From NCBI GenBank assembly GCA_963786105.1, contig CAWAXX010000003.1:1-64000 (forward strand): a DNA stretch of 64,000 nucleotides, read 5' to 3'. Shown here piece after piece: positions 19,741-29,346 of the stretch. The DNA comes from Vulcanimicrobiota bacterium (GTDB lineage: Bacteria; Vulcanimicrobiota; Vulcanimicrobiia; Vulcanimicrobiales; Vulcanimicrobiaceae). The notes under the pieces are model-generated. The model was not told the DNA's origin and ran no database searches. It was given only the letters and a program-made list of their open reading frames with translations. Every line of letters begins with the position of its first letter. Position 1 is the first letter of the stretch. The translations under genes were made by a program, and so were the position numbers.

Positions 19741-21325
19741 CGGCCTCAACCGGTTCGACTGCGCCTTCTTCCTCGAGGTCGAGCACCCAAAGCGAGCGGT
19801 GTGGCGCAAACTCGGAGCCTTCGGCTTCGGCCAGGCGTTGCAGAATTCGCGTGACACGTCTTCCACCGATTTCGCGCCCCCACGCAATCGGCCCGATCGG
19901 ATAGTTCGTTCCGAGACGCATCGCCGTATCGACGTCGTCGGCGCTGGCCACGTCTTCGTGCACCGCCGTCACCGCTTCGTTGACGATCGAACCGACGGTT
20001 CGTCCGAGGAACAGCGCCGGTCGGTCTTCGACCAGCACGACGCCCTTGCCGAGCGACTCGAAAAGCTCCTGAGCCAGCGCAAGCGCGTCGTCAGATAGCG
20101 TTTCCGAGTCGACGATCTCGACGGCTTTCTGCCCGGCGAGCGATCCGAGGACTCCGTACCCGACCAGACGCTCCGGTCGCCGCATTCGCTTGGTGCAGGT
20201 AACCAGATCGGTCGCGTACGCGTCCACAAAGAACACCGTCTCGTCTCCGAGCAGTGCGTCGAGTTGCGCGATCACGCCGCTGCGATCGGCGATGCCGTCA
20301 CCCACATCGATGACGATGGTGGTGTCGAGCGAAAGTTCGTCGAGGAGATCATCGTGCTCTATGCGCGTAACGTTCGCGTATCGCTGTTCCAACAGCTCGG
20401 CAAGCTCGTCGGCGATGCCGCCGAAGCCGACGACCACAATCGATTCGTCAGGATTCGGTTCGCCATCCGGCATCTCGACGCCGGCGTCGAGCCGCGCCGG
20501 AGTGCCGTCGCGATAGTCGTAGAAGCCGGCACCGCTCTTGCGCCCTAGCAAGCCACGGCCCACCATGCTGCGCTGCGTCTCGAGCGGCGCCAAGCGCGCC
20601 GCGGCCGTTTGCGCGTAAATCGACTCGCTGGTGGCCAAGTTGACGTCGAGCCCGATGAAGTCCATCAGCTCGAAGGGGCCCATGCGAAATCCGGCGGCGC
20701 GCGCCAGTGCGTCGAGTTCGTCGATGGATGCCACTCCGCGTTCGAGCGCGCGCATCGATTGGAGATAGAACGGCCGAGCGACCCGGTTGACGATGAAGCC
20801 TGGCGTGTCGGCAGCCGTCACCGCGGTCTTTCGAATTCGTTCGACGAACGCGTACGCGCGCTCCAGGACGTCGTCGCTGGTTTCCGGCTGTCGAACGACC
20901 TCGACCAATTTCATCGCTTCGGGCGGATTGAAGAAATGCAGTCCGACGACGCGCTGTGGCTGCGGCACCGTGTCGGCGAGGTCGGCCACCGAAAGCGACG
21001 ACGTGTTGGTGGCCAGTATGGCCTCGGAGGAGATCGCCGCGGCCAAGGCCGTCAAGACGTCGCGTTTGATTTCAAACCGTTCGGGAACGGCTTCGATGGC
21101 GACGACCGCTTGGCTCCGCTCCGGAATCGCGCTCAAGATTGCGATCCGGCCGGCAATCGCGTCGTCACCGGCGCGAGCCGCATCGTGCGCGATGCGTTCG
21201 AGCGCGCGCTGACGAGTCGGTTCGTCGGGTTCCGCCACCTCGACGCGGTAGCCCGCCTGCGCCGCTACGAAAGCGATTCCGGCTCCCATCGTTCCGCCGC
21301 CGGCGATCAGGACGAGTTCTTCCAT
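19724..21325 (-). CDS. 3-hydroxyacyl-CoA dehydrogenase (PaaH-like, duplicated C-terminal domain)
   Basis: [32 protein letters not shown]; second [12 protein letters not shown] unit. Confidence 0.9.
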   Translation of the reverse strand: MEELVLIAGGGTMGAGIAFVAAQAGYRVEVAEPDEPTRQRALERIAHDAARAGDDAIAGRIAILSAIPERSQAVVAIEAVPERFEIKRDVLTALAAAISSEAILATNTSSLSVADLADTVPQPQRVVGLHFFNPPEAMKLVEVVRQPETSDDVLERAYAFVERIRKTAVTAADTPGFIVNRVARPFYLQSMRALERGVASIDELDALARAAGFRMGPFELMDFIGLDVNLATSESIYAQTAAARLAPLETQRSMVGRGLLGRKSGAGFYDYRDGTPARLDAGVEMPDGEPNPDESIVVVGFGGIADELAELLEQRYANVTRIEHDDLLDELSLDTTIVIDVGDGIADRSGVIAQLDALLGDETVFFVDAYATDLVTCTKRMRRPERLVGYGVLGSLAGQKAVEIVDSETLSDDALALAQELFESLGKGVVLVEDRPALFLGRTVGSIVNEAVTAVHEDVASADDVDTAMRLGTNYPIGPIAWGREIGGRRVTRILQRLAEAEGSEFAPHRSLWVLDLEEEGAVEPVEADAARP

Positions 21326-21390
21326 CGGTGGGACGCTTCGCGGCAGAAGGCTCAAACGCTTCGTCGTCGATATGTTCCTGGAGCCCCATC

Positions 21391-21939
21391 ATGCAAAAGC
21401 CGCTCTGGCGCCGACGCGCTTCGACCTTAGTCGCCGACTCGCCGCACATGCGCTTGCGCGTCGACGAACTCGAGTTACCCGACGGGACGATCGTTCCGGA
21501 CTACTACGTGCGCGAGTCCCACGGCTTCGTCGTCGTGCTTCCGTTAACGGCCGACGGGCGCGTCGTGCTCGTTCGCCAATATCGCTACGGCAGCGACGCG
21601 ATCCATCTGGAGCTTCCTGCGGGAGGGCTACACGCGGGAGAAGATCCGTTGGCGTGCGCGCAGCGCGAACTCCTCGAAGAAACCGGCTATGAGGCCGCTC
21701 GTTGGACGTTCGTCGGCGCCTACTATGCCGAGCCGGTTCGGGCAAGCGCAAAAGCTCATATGTTTCTGGCTACGGACGCCCGGAAGGTCCGCGAGCCGGC
21801 GCCCGACCCGACCGAGGTGATGGAAGTCGAGATCGCCACCCTCGAGGCATTTCGCTCGATGCTGACCGACGGAAGCATCGATGCGGGACACGTGTTGGTG
21901 ACCGGTTATCGCGTTCTTGACGTGCTCGACAAGCTATGA
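21391..21939 (+). CDS. NUDIX hydrolase (ADP-ribose pyrophosphatase-like)
   Basis: Nudix box GGLHAGEDPLACAQRELLEETGY; RQYRY. Confidence 0.9.
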   Translation: MQKPLWRRRASTLVADSPHMRLRVDELELPDGTIVPDYYVRESHGFVVVLPLTADGRVVLVRQYRYGSDAIHLELPAGGLHAGEDPLACAQRELLEETGYEAARWTFVGAYYAEPVRASAKAHMFLATDARKVREPAPDPTEVMEVEIATLEAFRSMLTDGSIDAGHVLVTGYRVLDVLDKL

Positions 21940-22731
21940 CTTTGTCGCGGATGAATCGGACTGCAACTGTAGGACCGTCTCCGATTTGACCGTTTGATAC
22001 TGCTCGCCCTGTTCGCTGCGCATTGTCGTGGATTCGTCTACTGAGGTTGGAATGGTGCGGCCAAAATCGTAGCCGATCGTGGCGTTGACGTCGGAGGTCT
22101 GAGGGCGGGCGCCGCCGCTATCCTTTTCAACACGCGACTCGTTGATCGTCATGATGCCGTTGGCGTTCTTTGATATCGTAAAGTCGGATATCGACGAAGA
22201 CGTGCCCGCCTGCTGTTGCCGCCGCCAGTGCTTAGCGGCGTCGAGTTGATTCGGATCGACGAAGTTCGATCCCAGAAGACGCAAGAGCGTGAGTTCCTCG
22301 ACGGTGATCTTCTTGTTCGGGTCGCATACGACGGTTAGGTCGCCGTAGGCCACGCAGGTCGCCGGCGGAGCCGAGCGTCGTTCCACTGCCTGCTCGCTGA
22401 CGCTGACGACCAATCCCCCGTCGGGCTGCTGGCGCAGAACGTCCACGGCGATCGTTCCATGATCGCTCGCACCGCCGCCGAAGCTGGAAATCCCGGAAGC
22501 GCTGCCCGACGAAGACGGAGACGTCGCCGCCATACCTCCTCCCGACCCACCACTTCCCTCCGCCATCCCCGACGTATGCACCTCGGTGCTATTGGTCGTT
22601 CCCCACGTGAACGAGTAAACGAGGTGTCGAACTTGCGGAACCGTGGTTGCCGCCCCGGCCGGTACGGCGGCCAAAGCGACCGCACCGACAGCGGCCACGA
22701 CGGCGAGCGCATACAAACGTTGGTCGATCAT
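21934..22731 (-). CDS. Hypothetical secreted protein
   Basis: GGAGG SD; signal peptide; Gly/Ser-rich segment. Confidence 0.75.
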   Translation of the reverse strand: MIDQRLYALAVVAAVGAVALAAVPAGAATTVPQVRHLVYSFTWGTTNSTEVHTSGMAEGSGGSGGGMAATSPSSSGSASGISSFGGGASDHGTIAVDVLRQQPDGGLVVSVSEQAVERRSAPPATCVAYGDLTVVCDPNKKITVEELTLLRLLGSNFVDPNQLDAAKHWRRQQQAGTSSSISDFTISKNANGIMTINESRVEKDSGGARPQTSDVNATIGYDFGRTIPTSVDESTTMRSEQGEQYQTVKSETVLQLQSDSSATKS

Positions 22732-22936
22732 CGGACCCTCCCCCCAGAGATGTCGGCGCGTCCATCTTCCAATTCTCTTCTCAATGAAGCTAGAATTATT
22801 GATTGCTTGCTTGCCTACCCAGGTAGCCAAGCGCGAAAAGTGCTCGGGCACGGACTTCTGTCCGGCCTTCCCGCGAAACCTGCGGTCGATACGGCGGGTA
22901 GCTACGGATGAAATGTTACGCTCGACGAGGTTTACG

Positions 22937-23125
22937 ATGCACCCGATGCTCGCCATGTTTCTCAAGCTCACCGTCGCCGTTACTCTGGCGATCGTCGCGT
23001 TGGTAATCGTCGCCTTTCTCTTGAAGATCGTTTTCGTAGCGGCCGTGATCGCGGCAATCGTCCTCGCCGGGATTTTCGTCTTCGCGTTCTTCCGCCGTCG
23101 CCGCAGTCTTCCGGTCATTCGCTAA
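22937..23125 (+). CDS. Small membrane protein
   Basis: Two hydrophobic helices followed by RRRR. Confidence 0.6.
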   Translation: MHPMLAMFLKLTVAVTLAIVALVIVAFLLKIVFVAAVIAAIVLAGIFVFAFFRRRRSLPVIR

Positions 23126-23909
23126 CCAGCGCGGCAAGCGCGTCCGTCACTTTTTCCGGCTCTTCGAGCATCGGAAGGTGACCGCTCTCCTCGCACACCA
23201 CCAAACGTCCCCGTCGAAACGCACGCGCGACCGCGCGAGCTTCCTCCATTGAAATAATCGCGTCGCGACCGCCGGCGACGATCAGCACGGGCACGTCGAG
23301 ATCCGGGGCGATATCGTCGGCCGCCGCCCGCAACGCCATTCCACGCAGCAACGAGGCGGCACCGCTTGGGTCGATGCGTCCGGCGAGTTCGCCGGCGCGC
23401 GCCACGACGTCCGGCCGTTTGGCGGTCGTCTCCGGCGCCGTCAGCCGCGGAACGTACGCGTCAATCGCCGGTTGCATCGTCGCGACGCACTCGATTCGAA
23501 CGGCAAGGTCCCGACGCGCCGCAACCTGTTCGGGGCTATCGGCAGCGAGCCGGCTGCACACCAGCGCGAGATGCGTGAGGCGCTCGGTGTACATGCGCGC
23601 GAAGGCCAACGCCACGTATCCTCCGAGCGAATGACCGGCGATCGACGCGCGCTCGATGCCGAGCGCGTCGAGCACGGCCGCTACGTCCGCAGCCAGTCTT
23701 TCCATTAAATACGGACCGTCCGGAGCGCTCGAATTTCCCACGCCCCGCAGGTCTGGAAGAACGATGCGATGTCGTTGCGAGAGCGCGTCGGCTTGCGAAT
23801 TCCAGATCTCGCGCGTCAGCGGAAAACCCGCAATGAACACGATTGTCGCGCCGTCGGAACCATCGACGCGCACGTCCACGCGTGCGCCGTCATCGGCAAA
23901 AACTTGCAT
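23115..23909 (-). CDS. Alpha/beta hydrolase
   Basis: GFP oxyanion loop, PDLRGVG, GHSLGG, SGHLPMLE. Confidence 0.9.
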   Translation of the reverse strand: MQVFADDGARVDVRVDGSDGATIVFIAGFPLTREIWNSQADALSQRHRIVLPDLRGVGNSSAPDGPYLMERLAADVAAVLDALGIERASIAGHSLGGYVALAFARMYTERLTHLALVCSRLAADSPEQVAARRDLAVRIECVATMQPAIDAYVPRLTAPETTAKRPDVVARAGELAGRIDPSGAASLLRGMALRAAADDIAPDLDVPVLIVAGGRDAIISMEEARAVARAFRRGRLVVCEESGHLPMLEEPEKVTDALAALVSE

Positions 23910-23932
23910 CAACGCTCGTAATACTGTATAAG
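23904..23932 (+). promoter_or_regulatory. Sigma70-like promoter of the basic repeat protein gene
   Basis: TTGCAT-N17-TATAAG. Confidence 0.5.
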
Positions 23933-23986
23933 GGAGGCAACAACCCTGGTCGGTTTTCGACCAGAGAAAGGATGACTCCACACACA

Positions 23987-24361
23987 ATGGCAGTCAAACG
24001 AACCCGTAAGAAGGCCCTCGCCACGCTAGCCGTAAGGCGCGCCGTGCGCAAGGCCGTCCTCAGGAAAGTAGTCCGGAAGATCGTCCGCAGGAAAGTTGCC
24101 CGCAAGATCGTCCGCAGGAAAGTTGCCCGCAAGATCGTCCGCAGGAAAGTCGCCCGCAAGATCGTCCGCAAGAAAGTGCGGCGCAGAGCCGTCCGCAAAG
24201 CGGTCCGCAGAAAAGTCGCCCGCAAGATCGTCCGCAAGAAAGTACGGCGTAAAGCCGTCCGCAAAGCGGTCCGCAGAAAAGTCGCCCGCAAGGTCGTTCG
24301 CAAGAAAGTCCGTCGCAAAGCCGTCCGCAAGGCGGTCCGCAGAAAAGCCGCCGCAGCCTAA
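23987..24361 (+). CDS. Highly basic repetitive histone H1/protamine-like protein
   Basis: 124 aa, 65 K+R, no D/E; repeats vary largely at synonymous positions; own promoter and terminator. Confidence 0.8.
   Translation: MAVKRTRKKALATLAVRRAVRKAVLRKVVRKIVRRKVARKIVRRKVARKIVRRKVARKIVRKKVRRRAVRKAVRRKVARKIVRKKVRRKAVRKAVRRKVARKVVRKKVRRKAVRKAVRRKAAAA
24070..24349 (+). repeat. Coding tandem repeats (27-bp unit x3, then 66-bp unit x3)
   Basis: cgcaagatcgtccgcaggaaagttgcc-like units encoding (A/V)RKIVRRKV, then ARKIVRKKVRRKAVRKAVRRKV. Confidence 0.85.
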
Positions 24362-24385
24362 ACTCCGCGGCTTTTTCATGGGACT

Positions 24386-24420
24386 GCGAGTCGCCGCGCA
24401 AGCGCGACTCGCTTTTTTTT
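24386..24420 (+). terminator. Intrinsic terminator
   Basis: gcgagtcgc/gcgactcgc stem followed by T8. Confidence 0.85.
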
Positions 24421-24522
24421 GGGAAGCTCCGATTGATCCCAGCTCGTCGTCACCTCAGGTCTCATTTACCGTAGTAAACTTCGACCTTCGGTTCCTCGAT
24501 CTGGAATAAATCGAAGCTTCCC
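24421..24522 (-). repeat. Dispersed palindromic element, copy 2 (core 24439..24505)
   Basis: 62/67 identity with 27..93; outer arms gggaagct/agcttccc and cgatt/aatcg pair. Confidence 0.85.
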
Positions 24523-24534
24523 GGGGCTGAGAAT

Positions 24535-25776
24535 TTAGACCGTGCGTACGTTCGGTTTGAAGACCCAGATCGCGAGGAATGTGAGCGCGCAGAGGACGCC
24601 GGAGAGGGCGAACATTTCATGAAGGCCGATGCGCGACGCGATCGCACCGTCGACGAGCGAACCGGCGGGAACGACGCCGATCGCGATCATCGTATAGACG
24701 GCGAGCGCGCGGCCCCGCACTTCATCGGGAGAAAGCATCTGGATCAGCGTGTTGGTCGCGCCCAGGAGCGTCATCGTGCCGACGCCGGTAAGGAAGAGCA
24801 CCGGGAGCATGATCGCGAGCGACGGCACGAAGGCAAGGGCGACGATGCCGCTCGACATCAGAAGTCCAGCCTGCAGCCATAGGCGCGAACGGCGCTCGCG
24901 TTGCGCGAAATATGCGGTCAGCAGCGCGCCGCCGAATCCTCCCAGGCCGATCGCCGATACCGCCCAGCCGAGGCCGCGCGGTCCGGCGTGAAGCACGTTC
25001 TCTGTAAACGCCGGAATTAGTTGACTGTACGGGCGAGCGAAGATCGCCGAGATAAAGAACGCGAGCACGATCCACCGCAAAATCGGATGAGCCACCAAAT
25101 AGGAGATGCCTTGACGCATCGCGAGCAGCATCGGCTCGCGCCGCTTAACCGATGGCGGCGAGGGACGCATCATCATCACCGCCACGACGACGGCGAGCGT
25201 GAGCACGGCGTTGACGTAGAAAGATCCCGCGATGCCGACCCACACGATCAACACGCCGGCGATTGCCGGGCCGATCACTGCCGGCGCGTTGAAAGCCACG
25301 GAATTGAGGCCGACGGCATTACCTACGTACTGTCGGTCGACCAGAAACGGCACCCAACTCTGCCGCGTCGGCGCGTCGAAGGCATTTGCCGCCGCGTTGA
25401 GCGCCGAAAGCACGACCAGGCCGGCCATATCGAGCGTATTGAGGCTGCTTAGGACGGCTAGCAACAGCGCCGCCAACGCCATCGTCGTGTTGGTGACGAA
25501 CAGAACGCGGCGCCGCGGCAGCTCGTCGGCCGCCACACCCGCAAACGGCGACAGCAATAACACCGGAATCGCCCGCGAAGCGCCGAGAATACCCAGATCG
25601 AGTGCGGCGACGTGCGGAGAGCCGGCGATCCGCGCGACGAAGAATCCCATCGCCGTGAACTGCATCCACGTTCCCACGTTGGAGATCATCAGGCCGATCC
25701 ACATCAGGCGGAAGTCGCGAAAACGTAGGGCGACGAAGAGCGAAACCGCTCGTTTGGGAACCGGCTGTTCGATCAT
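24535..25776 (-). CDS. MFS transporter (transmembrane secretion effector/DHA3-like)
   Basis: About 12 hydrophobic helices; RDFRLMW..SNVGTWMQ, GVAADELPRRR, RGRALAVY. Confidence 0.9.
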   Translation of the reverse strand: MIEQPVPKRAVSLFVALRFRDFRLMWIGLMISNVGTWMQFTAMGFFVARIAGSPHVAALDLGILGASRAIPVLLLSPFAGVAADELPRRRVLFVTNTTMALAALLLAVLSSLNTLDMAGLVVLSALNAAANAFDAPTRQSWVPFLVDRQYVGNAVGLNSVAFNAPAVIGPAIAGVLIVWVGIAGSFYVNAVLTLAVVVAVMMMRPSPPSVKRREPMLLAMRQGISYLVAHPILRWIVLAFFISAIFARPYSQLIPAFTENVLHAGPRGLGWAVSAIGLGGFGGALLTAYFAQRERRSRLWLQAGLLMSSGIVALAFVPSLAIMLPVLFLTGVGTMTLLGATNTLIQMLSPDEVRGRALAVYTMIAIGVVPAGSLVDGAIASRIGLHEMFALSGVLCALTFLAIWVFKPNVRTV

Positions 25777-26387
25777 CGCGCGGCGCGAAGCCGAACGGCA
25801 CAGACGATCAAGCCGGCGCTTTGTGCTTCGTCAAAACGGGAGGTATCGACGCACAGATCGTAGTTGCCGGGGTCACCGAACTTCGCACCGTACCAGTCGT
25901 TGAGATACGCGGCACGCATACGGTCGATCCGATCGATCTCAGCCTCGGTCGTCTTGCGATCGGTGCCGAAGGCATTCATGACGTGCGCGATGCGCCATTC
26001 GCGCGGGGCGTGCATGAATACGCGGATGACGCCCGCGTCGGCACCGAGAACGAAGCCGGCTCCCCGACCGACGATGACGGCGCCGCCACGCGCGGCATAT
26101 TCCCGTACCGCTTCCTGCGTGGCCTTAAAAAGCTCTTCGTCGAACGGCTCCGCGGTGGACGCGGCGGCCAGTTCGGGCGTCGAGCGCTCGAGGCTCGTGA
26201 GCCAGCGCTCGCCGAGCGTGCGCCCGGTATCCTCATTGGCTTCGACTTCTTCGGGCGAAATGCGAAGACGCTTGGCGACGACCACCGGCAGCTGATGGTC
26301 GACGTATTCGTAACCTAGCTCGTCGGCAGCGCGCTTGGCGATCGAGAGCGCGCCCGCGCCGAACTCGTTCGAAACCGTCACAATCAT
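25773..26387 (-). CDS. Cytidylate kinase-like family protein
   Basis: TVSNEFGAGA, VIVGRGA, YDLCVDTS. Confidence 0.85.
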   Translation of the reverse strand: MIVTVSNEFGAGALSIAKRAADELGYEYVDHQLPVVVAKRLRISPEEVEANEDTGRTLGERWLTSLERSTPELAAASTAEPFDEELFKATQEAVREYAARGGAVIVGRGAGFVLGADAGVIRVFMHAPREWRIAHVMNAFGTDRKTTEAEIDRIDRMRAAYLNDWYGAKFGDPGNYDLCVDTSRFDEAQSAGLIVCAVRLRAAR

Positions 26388-26431
26388 GGAAGGGGTGTAC
26401 GGAGCGCCGCAGCATAGGACCTAGTGTTCTC

Positions 26432-27430
26432 ATGCCTGCCATCATCGAAACCGGCGACCTACGCAAGGTTTTCCGCACGGTAAAGCGTGTGCCGGGCGCG
26501 CTCGGCGCGCTGCGCACGCTCTTCTCAGGGTCGTATGAGGATCGCGTTGCGGTCGCCGGCATCACCATGTCGCTCGAACCCGGCGAGTTGGTCGGCTACA
26601 TCGGACCCAACGGCGCCGGGAAGTCGACCACCATCAAAATGCTCACCGGCATCCTCGTGCCGACTTCAGGAACGGTCAGGGTGGCCGGTCTGGTGCCGTC
26701 GGAACGCCGCCAAGAGAACGCTCGCAACATCGGCGTCGTGTTTGGCCAGCGCAGCCAGCTGTATTGGGACTTGCCGCTGATCGAATCATTCGAACTGCTT
26801 CGCGCTATCTATGGAATTCCACGCGATCGCTACCAACGCAATCTCGACGAGTTCGTGACGATTCTCGAGATGGACGATTTCCTGCGCACTCCGGTGCGGC
26901 AGCTTTCGCTAGGCCAGCGCATGCGCGGCGACTTCGCCGCGGCGCTGCTGCACGACCCCGCCATCGTTTACCTCGACGAGCCGACGATTGGGCTCGACGT
27001 GGTCGCCAAAGACGCCATTACGCAGTTCATCGCGCGGATCAACTCCGAGCGACGCACGACCGTCATCCTGACGACCCACGACCTCGCTGAAGTCGAGCGC
27101 CTGTGCCGGCGAATTATCCTAATCGACCGCGGGACGATCATCTACGACGGCGGCGTCGAGCGAATCAAGAGCGAGTACGGGCGGTTCCGGACTCTGGTCG
27201 TACACTTCAGCGAGCCGGTCGCCGATCCGATATTGGAGGGAGCCGAGCTGGCAGGGGCCGACGGGCACACCGCGCGCTTCCGGTTCGACCGCAATAGCCA
27301 GCGCGTCGACCAGCTGGTACGGCAAGCAAGTGAACGTTATCGCGTCGAAGACGTGAACATCGAAGAGCCGGATCTCGAATCGATCATCCGGCGTATTTAT
27401 GTGGAAGGGTACGAGGAGGCCGCGCGATGA
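26432..27430 (+). CDS. ABC-2 type transporter ATP-binding subunit
   Basis: GPNGAGKST, FGQRSQL, LSLGQRMR, LDEPTIGLD. Confidence 0.95.
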   Translation: MPAIIETGDLRKVFRTVKRVPGALGALRTLFSGSYEDRVAVAGITMSLEPGELVGYIGPNGAGKSTTIKMLTGILVPTSGTVRVAGLVPSERRQENARNIGVVFGQRSQLYWDLPLIESFELLRAIYGIPRDRYQRNLDEFVTILEMDDFLRTPVRQLSLGQRMRGDFAAALLHDPAIVYLDEPTIGLDVVAKDAITQFIARINSERRTTVILTTHDLAEVERLCRRIILIDRGTIIYDGGVERIKSEYGRFRTLVVHFSEPVADPILEGAELAGADGHTARFRFDRNSQRVDQLVRQASERYRVEDVNIEEPDLESIIRRIYVEGYEEAAR

Positions 27431-28185
27431 TCGTTTCGAGCAACGCCAAGAAGCCGAAAATCCATTCGAGCTGTTACGTCGCACCGAGCGCGACGATCGG
27501 CGGCGATGTGACGATCGGTTCGGGCTGCGCCGTCCTGCACGGTGCAGTCATCGTCTCCGAAGGTGCGCCGCTGACGATCGGATCAGACACCGTGATCATG
27601 GAAAATGCCGTGCTCAAAGCTAGCGGCGGGAGCGTGCTGCGGTTTCCGCTCTCGATTGGCGAGCGATGCATCGTCGGACCCCACGCATACGTGGTAGGAG
27701 CGACGATAGGTGACGGGTGCTTCGTCGCCGGCAGCGTCAAAATTTTCAACGGGGCAACCCTTGAGGACGGCAGCGGCGTTGCCCTGGGAGCCATCGTTCA
27801 CGTCAGAACGCGTTTGCCCAAGGGGACGAGCGTACCGATGCAACACATCGCGTTTGGAGATCCCGCGACGATCTATCCGCCGGAGAAGGCCCCCGAGGTT
27901 CATAAGCTCGTCGCTTTCTACGAAACGGTGTTCAACCTCGAGCCCGGCGAAGACGTCCGGGCTCGCGCCGCCGAAACGTACGCCAAATTCCTGCGCAAGA
28001 CGCACGCGCACGATGCGACGCTGGACGAGCACAAAAACGTCAAGCCGCCGCCGCGGCGATCGGGCGAGGAACCCCCGCAGACGCAGGTCACCGAAGTCGA
28101 TAAAGTGGTCGACGTCATGATGCTCGAGCTCGAAGAGATGGAGCACCGGCGTCAAGAGGCGATCAAACGGCAAAAAGGACGCTAG
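27427..28185 (+). CDS. Gamma-carbonic anhydrase-like left-handed beta-helix protein
   Basis: Hexapeptide repeats (APSATIGGDVTIG); ATGA overlap with ATPase; His ligands appear substituted. Confidence 0.8.
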   Translation: MIVSSNAKKPKIHSSCYVAPSATIGGDVTIGSGCAVLHGAVIVSEGAPLTIGSDTVIMENAVLKASGGSVLRFPLSIGERCIVGPHAYVVGATIGDGCFVAGSVKIFNGATLEDGSGVALGAIVHVRTRLPKGTSVPMQHIAFGDPATIYPPEKAPEVHKLVAFYETVFNLEPGEDVRARAAETYAKFLRKTHAHDATLDEHKNVKPPPRRSGEEPPQTQVTEVDKVVDVMMLELEEMEHRRQEAIKRQKGR

Positions 28186-28194
28186 GGCTTTCCG

Positions 28195-28983
28195 TTGCTT
28201 GCACCCTATCTCGAATTTGCGAAAAAAGCATTCGCTCGAGAGGCTACGTACCGGCTGGAAGTCCTCACCGAGATTGGGTCGCTGGTACTGCGCGTCTACA
28301 TTCTCCGGTCGCTGTGGACGGCCCTATACGCACAAAATGCCGCCCCGACCAATCTTCCTTTGCACGGCATGATTACGTATGCGACCGTGGCGATGCTGAT
28401 GTCGCTGATTCTCGAAGTCGACGGTACGCGGATGATTCGCGAAAAGATCCGCGAGGGCACGATCGCGACCGACTTGATGAAGCCGATCAGCCTGCCGCTC
28501 TACTTCTTTAGCGACGGCGTCGGACAGACGGTCCTGCACGCGGTGCTGGTCGTTCCGTCGCTTCTATGCGCGCTGCTCCTGGTCCATATCGACGTCCCCA
28601 ACGCGGCGACGTTTGGAGCGTTCCTCCTAGCGTTTCTGATCGGCTACGGGGTCAACTTCTTCGTGAACTTCTTGATGAACTCGATCGCATTCTGGACTCT
28701 CGAGTCGTTCGCGGTGCAACTTATCGTACGCTGGGCCTCCGACTTGCTTTCGGGCCAGATCATTCCTCTTACGTTCTTTCCGGGGATCTTCGGCCGGATC
28801 GTCTTCGCGCTACCGTTCGCGGCCATCTACTCCACGCCGTTGCTCATCTACGTCGGGATCATTCCGCCAAGCCAATGGATTGCCAGTTTCGCCGTTCAGG
28901 TGATGTGGCTGTTCCTCTTTGCCGCGCTTTCGGCGCTCGTGTGGCGCGCCGCCTCGCAAAAAGTCGTCATTCAGGGCGGCTAG
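28195..28983 (+). CDS. ABC-2 family permease (DUF990-like)
   Basis: IREGTIATDLMKP, LLSGQIIPL, LPF, C-terminal IQGG. Confidence 0.9.
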   Translation: MLAPYLEFAKKAFAREATYRLEVLTEIGSLVLRVYILRSLWTALYAQNAAPTNLPLHGMITYATVAMLMSLILEVDGTRMIREKIREGTIATDLMKPISLPLYFFSDGVGQTVLHAVLVVPSLLCALLLVHIDVPNAATFGAFLLAFLIGYGVNFFVNFLMNSIAFWTLESFAVQLIVRWASDLLSGQIIPLTFFPGIFGRIVFALPFAAIYSTPLLIYVGIIPPSQWIASFAVQVMWLFLFAALSALVWRAASQKVVIQGG

Positions 28984-29311
28984 GCTCCGGTAACTTCGTC
29001 CAGCAAAGGCTGTATCTCCAAAGAAGGCGTCGCCGAAGGCTAGCTCGGGGCAGCTCCTTCTCGAATGCCTCGCGAAGGTCGCGCAGTGACTCCCCAGGCG
29101 GTCGCGTCGGCGCTTCAACCTCGACGAAGTTCCGCATACGGCGCATCCAAGACGCAACCGGCAACGCGGCGGCAGACCACGCGTGATCGGTTAACGTCCG
29201 TGCCCGGTAGAGCCCGACAACCGCCAGCCTTCCTCCAGGGCGTAAAAGGCTTCGAAACCGGCGCAAAGCCGGCGCAAGCGGCAGATGGTGTAACGTCGCG
29301 ACACCTAGAAC
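28967..29311 (-). pseudogene. C-terminal remnant of a class I SAM methyltransferase
   Basis: VATLHHLPLAPALRRFRSLLRPGGRLAVVGL...LLWRYSLCWTK, with no SAM-binding N-half or start upstream. Confidence 0.65.
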
Positions 29312-29346
29312 GTGTGCCACCCCTACGCAGGAGATGTAGCAGACGA

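Noticed and set aside
24070..24349. Possible CRISPR array
   Set aside because: Contiguous in-frame tandem repeats without unique spacers; no cas genes
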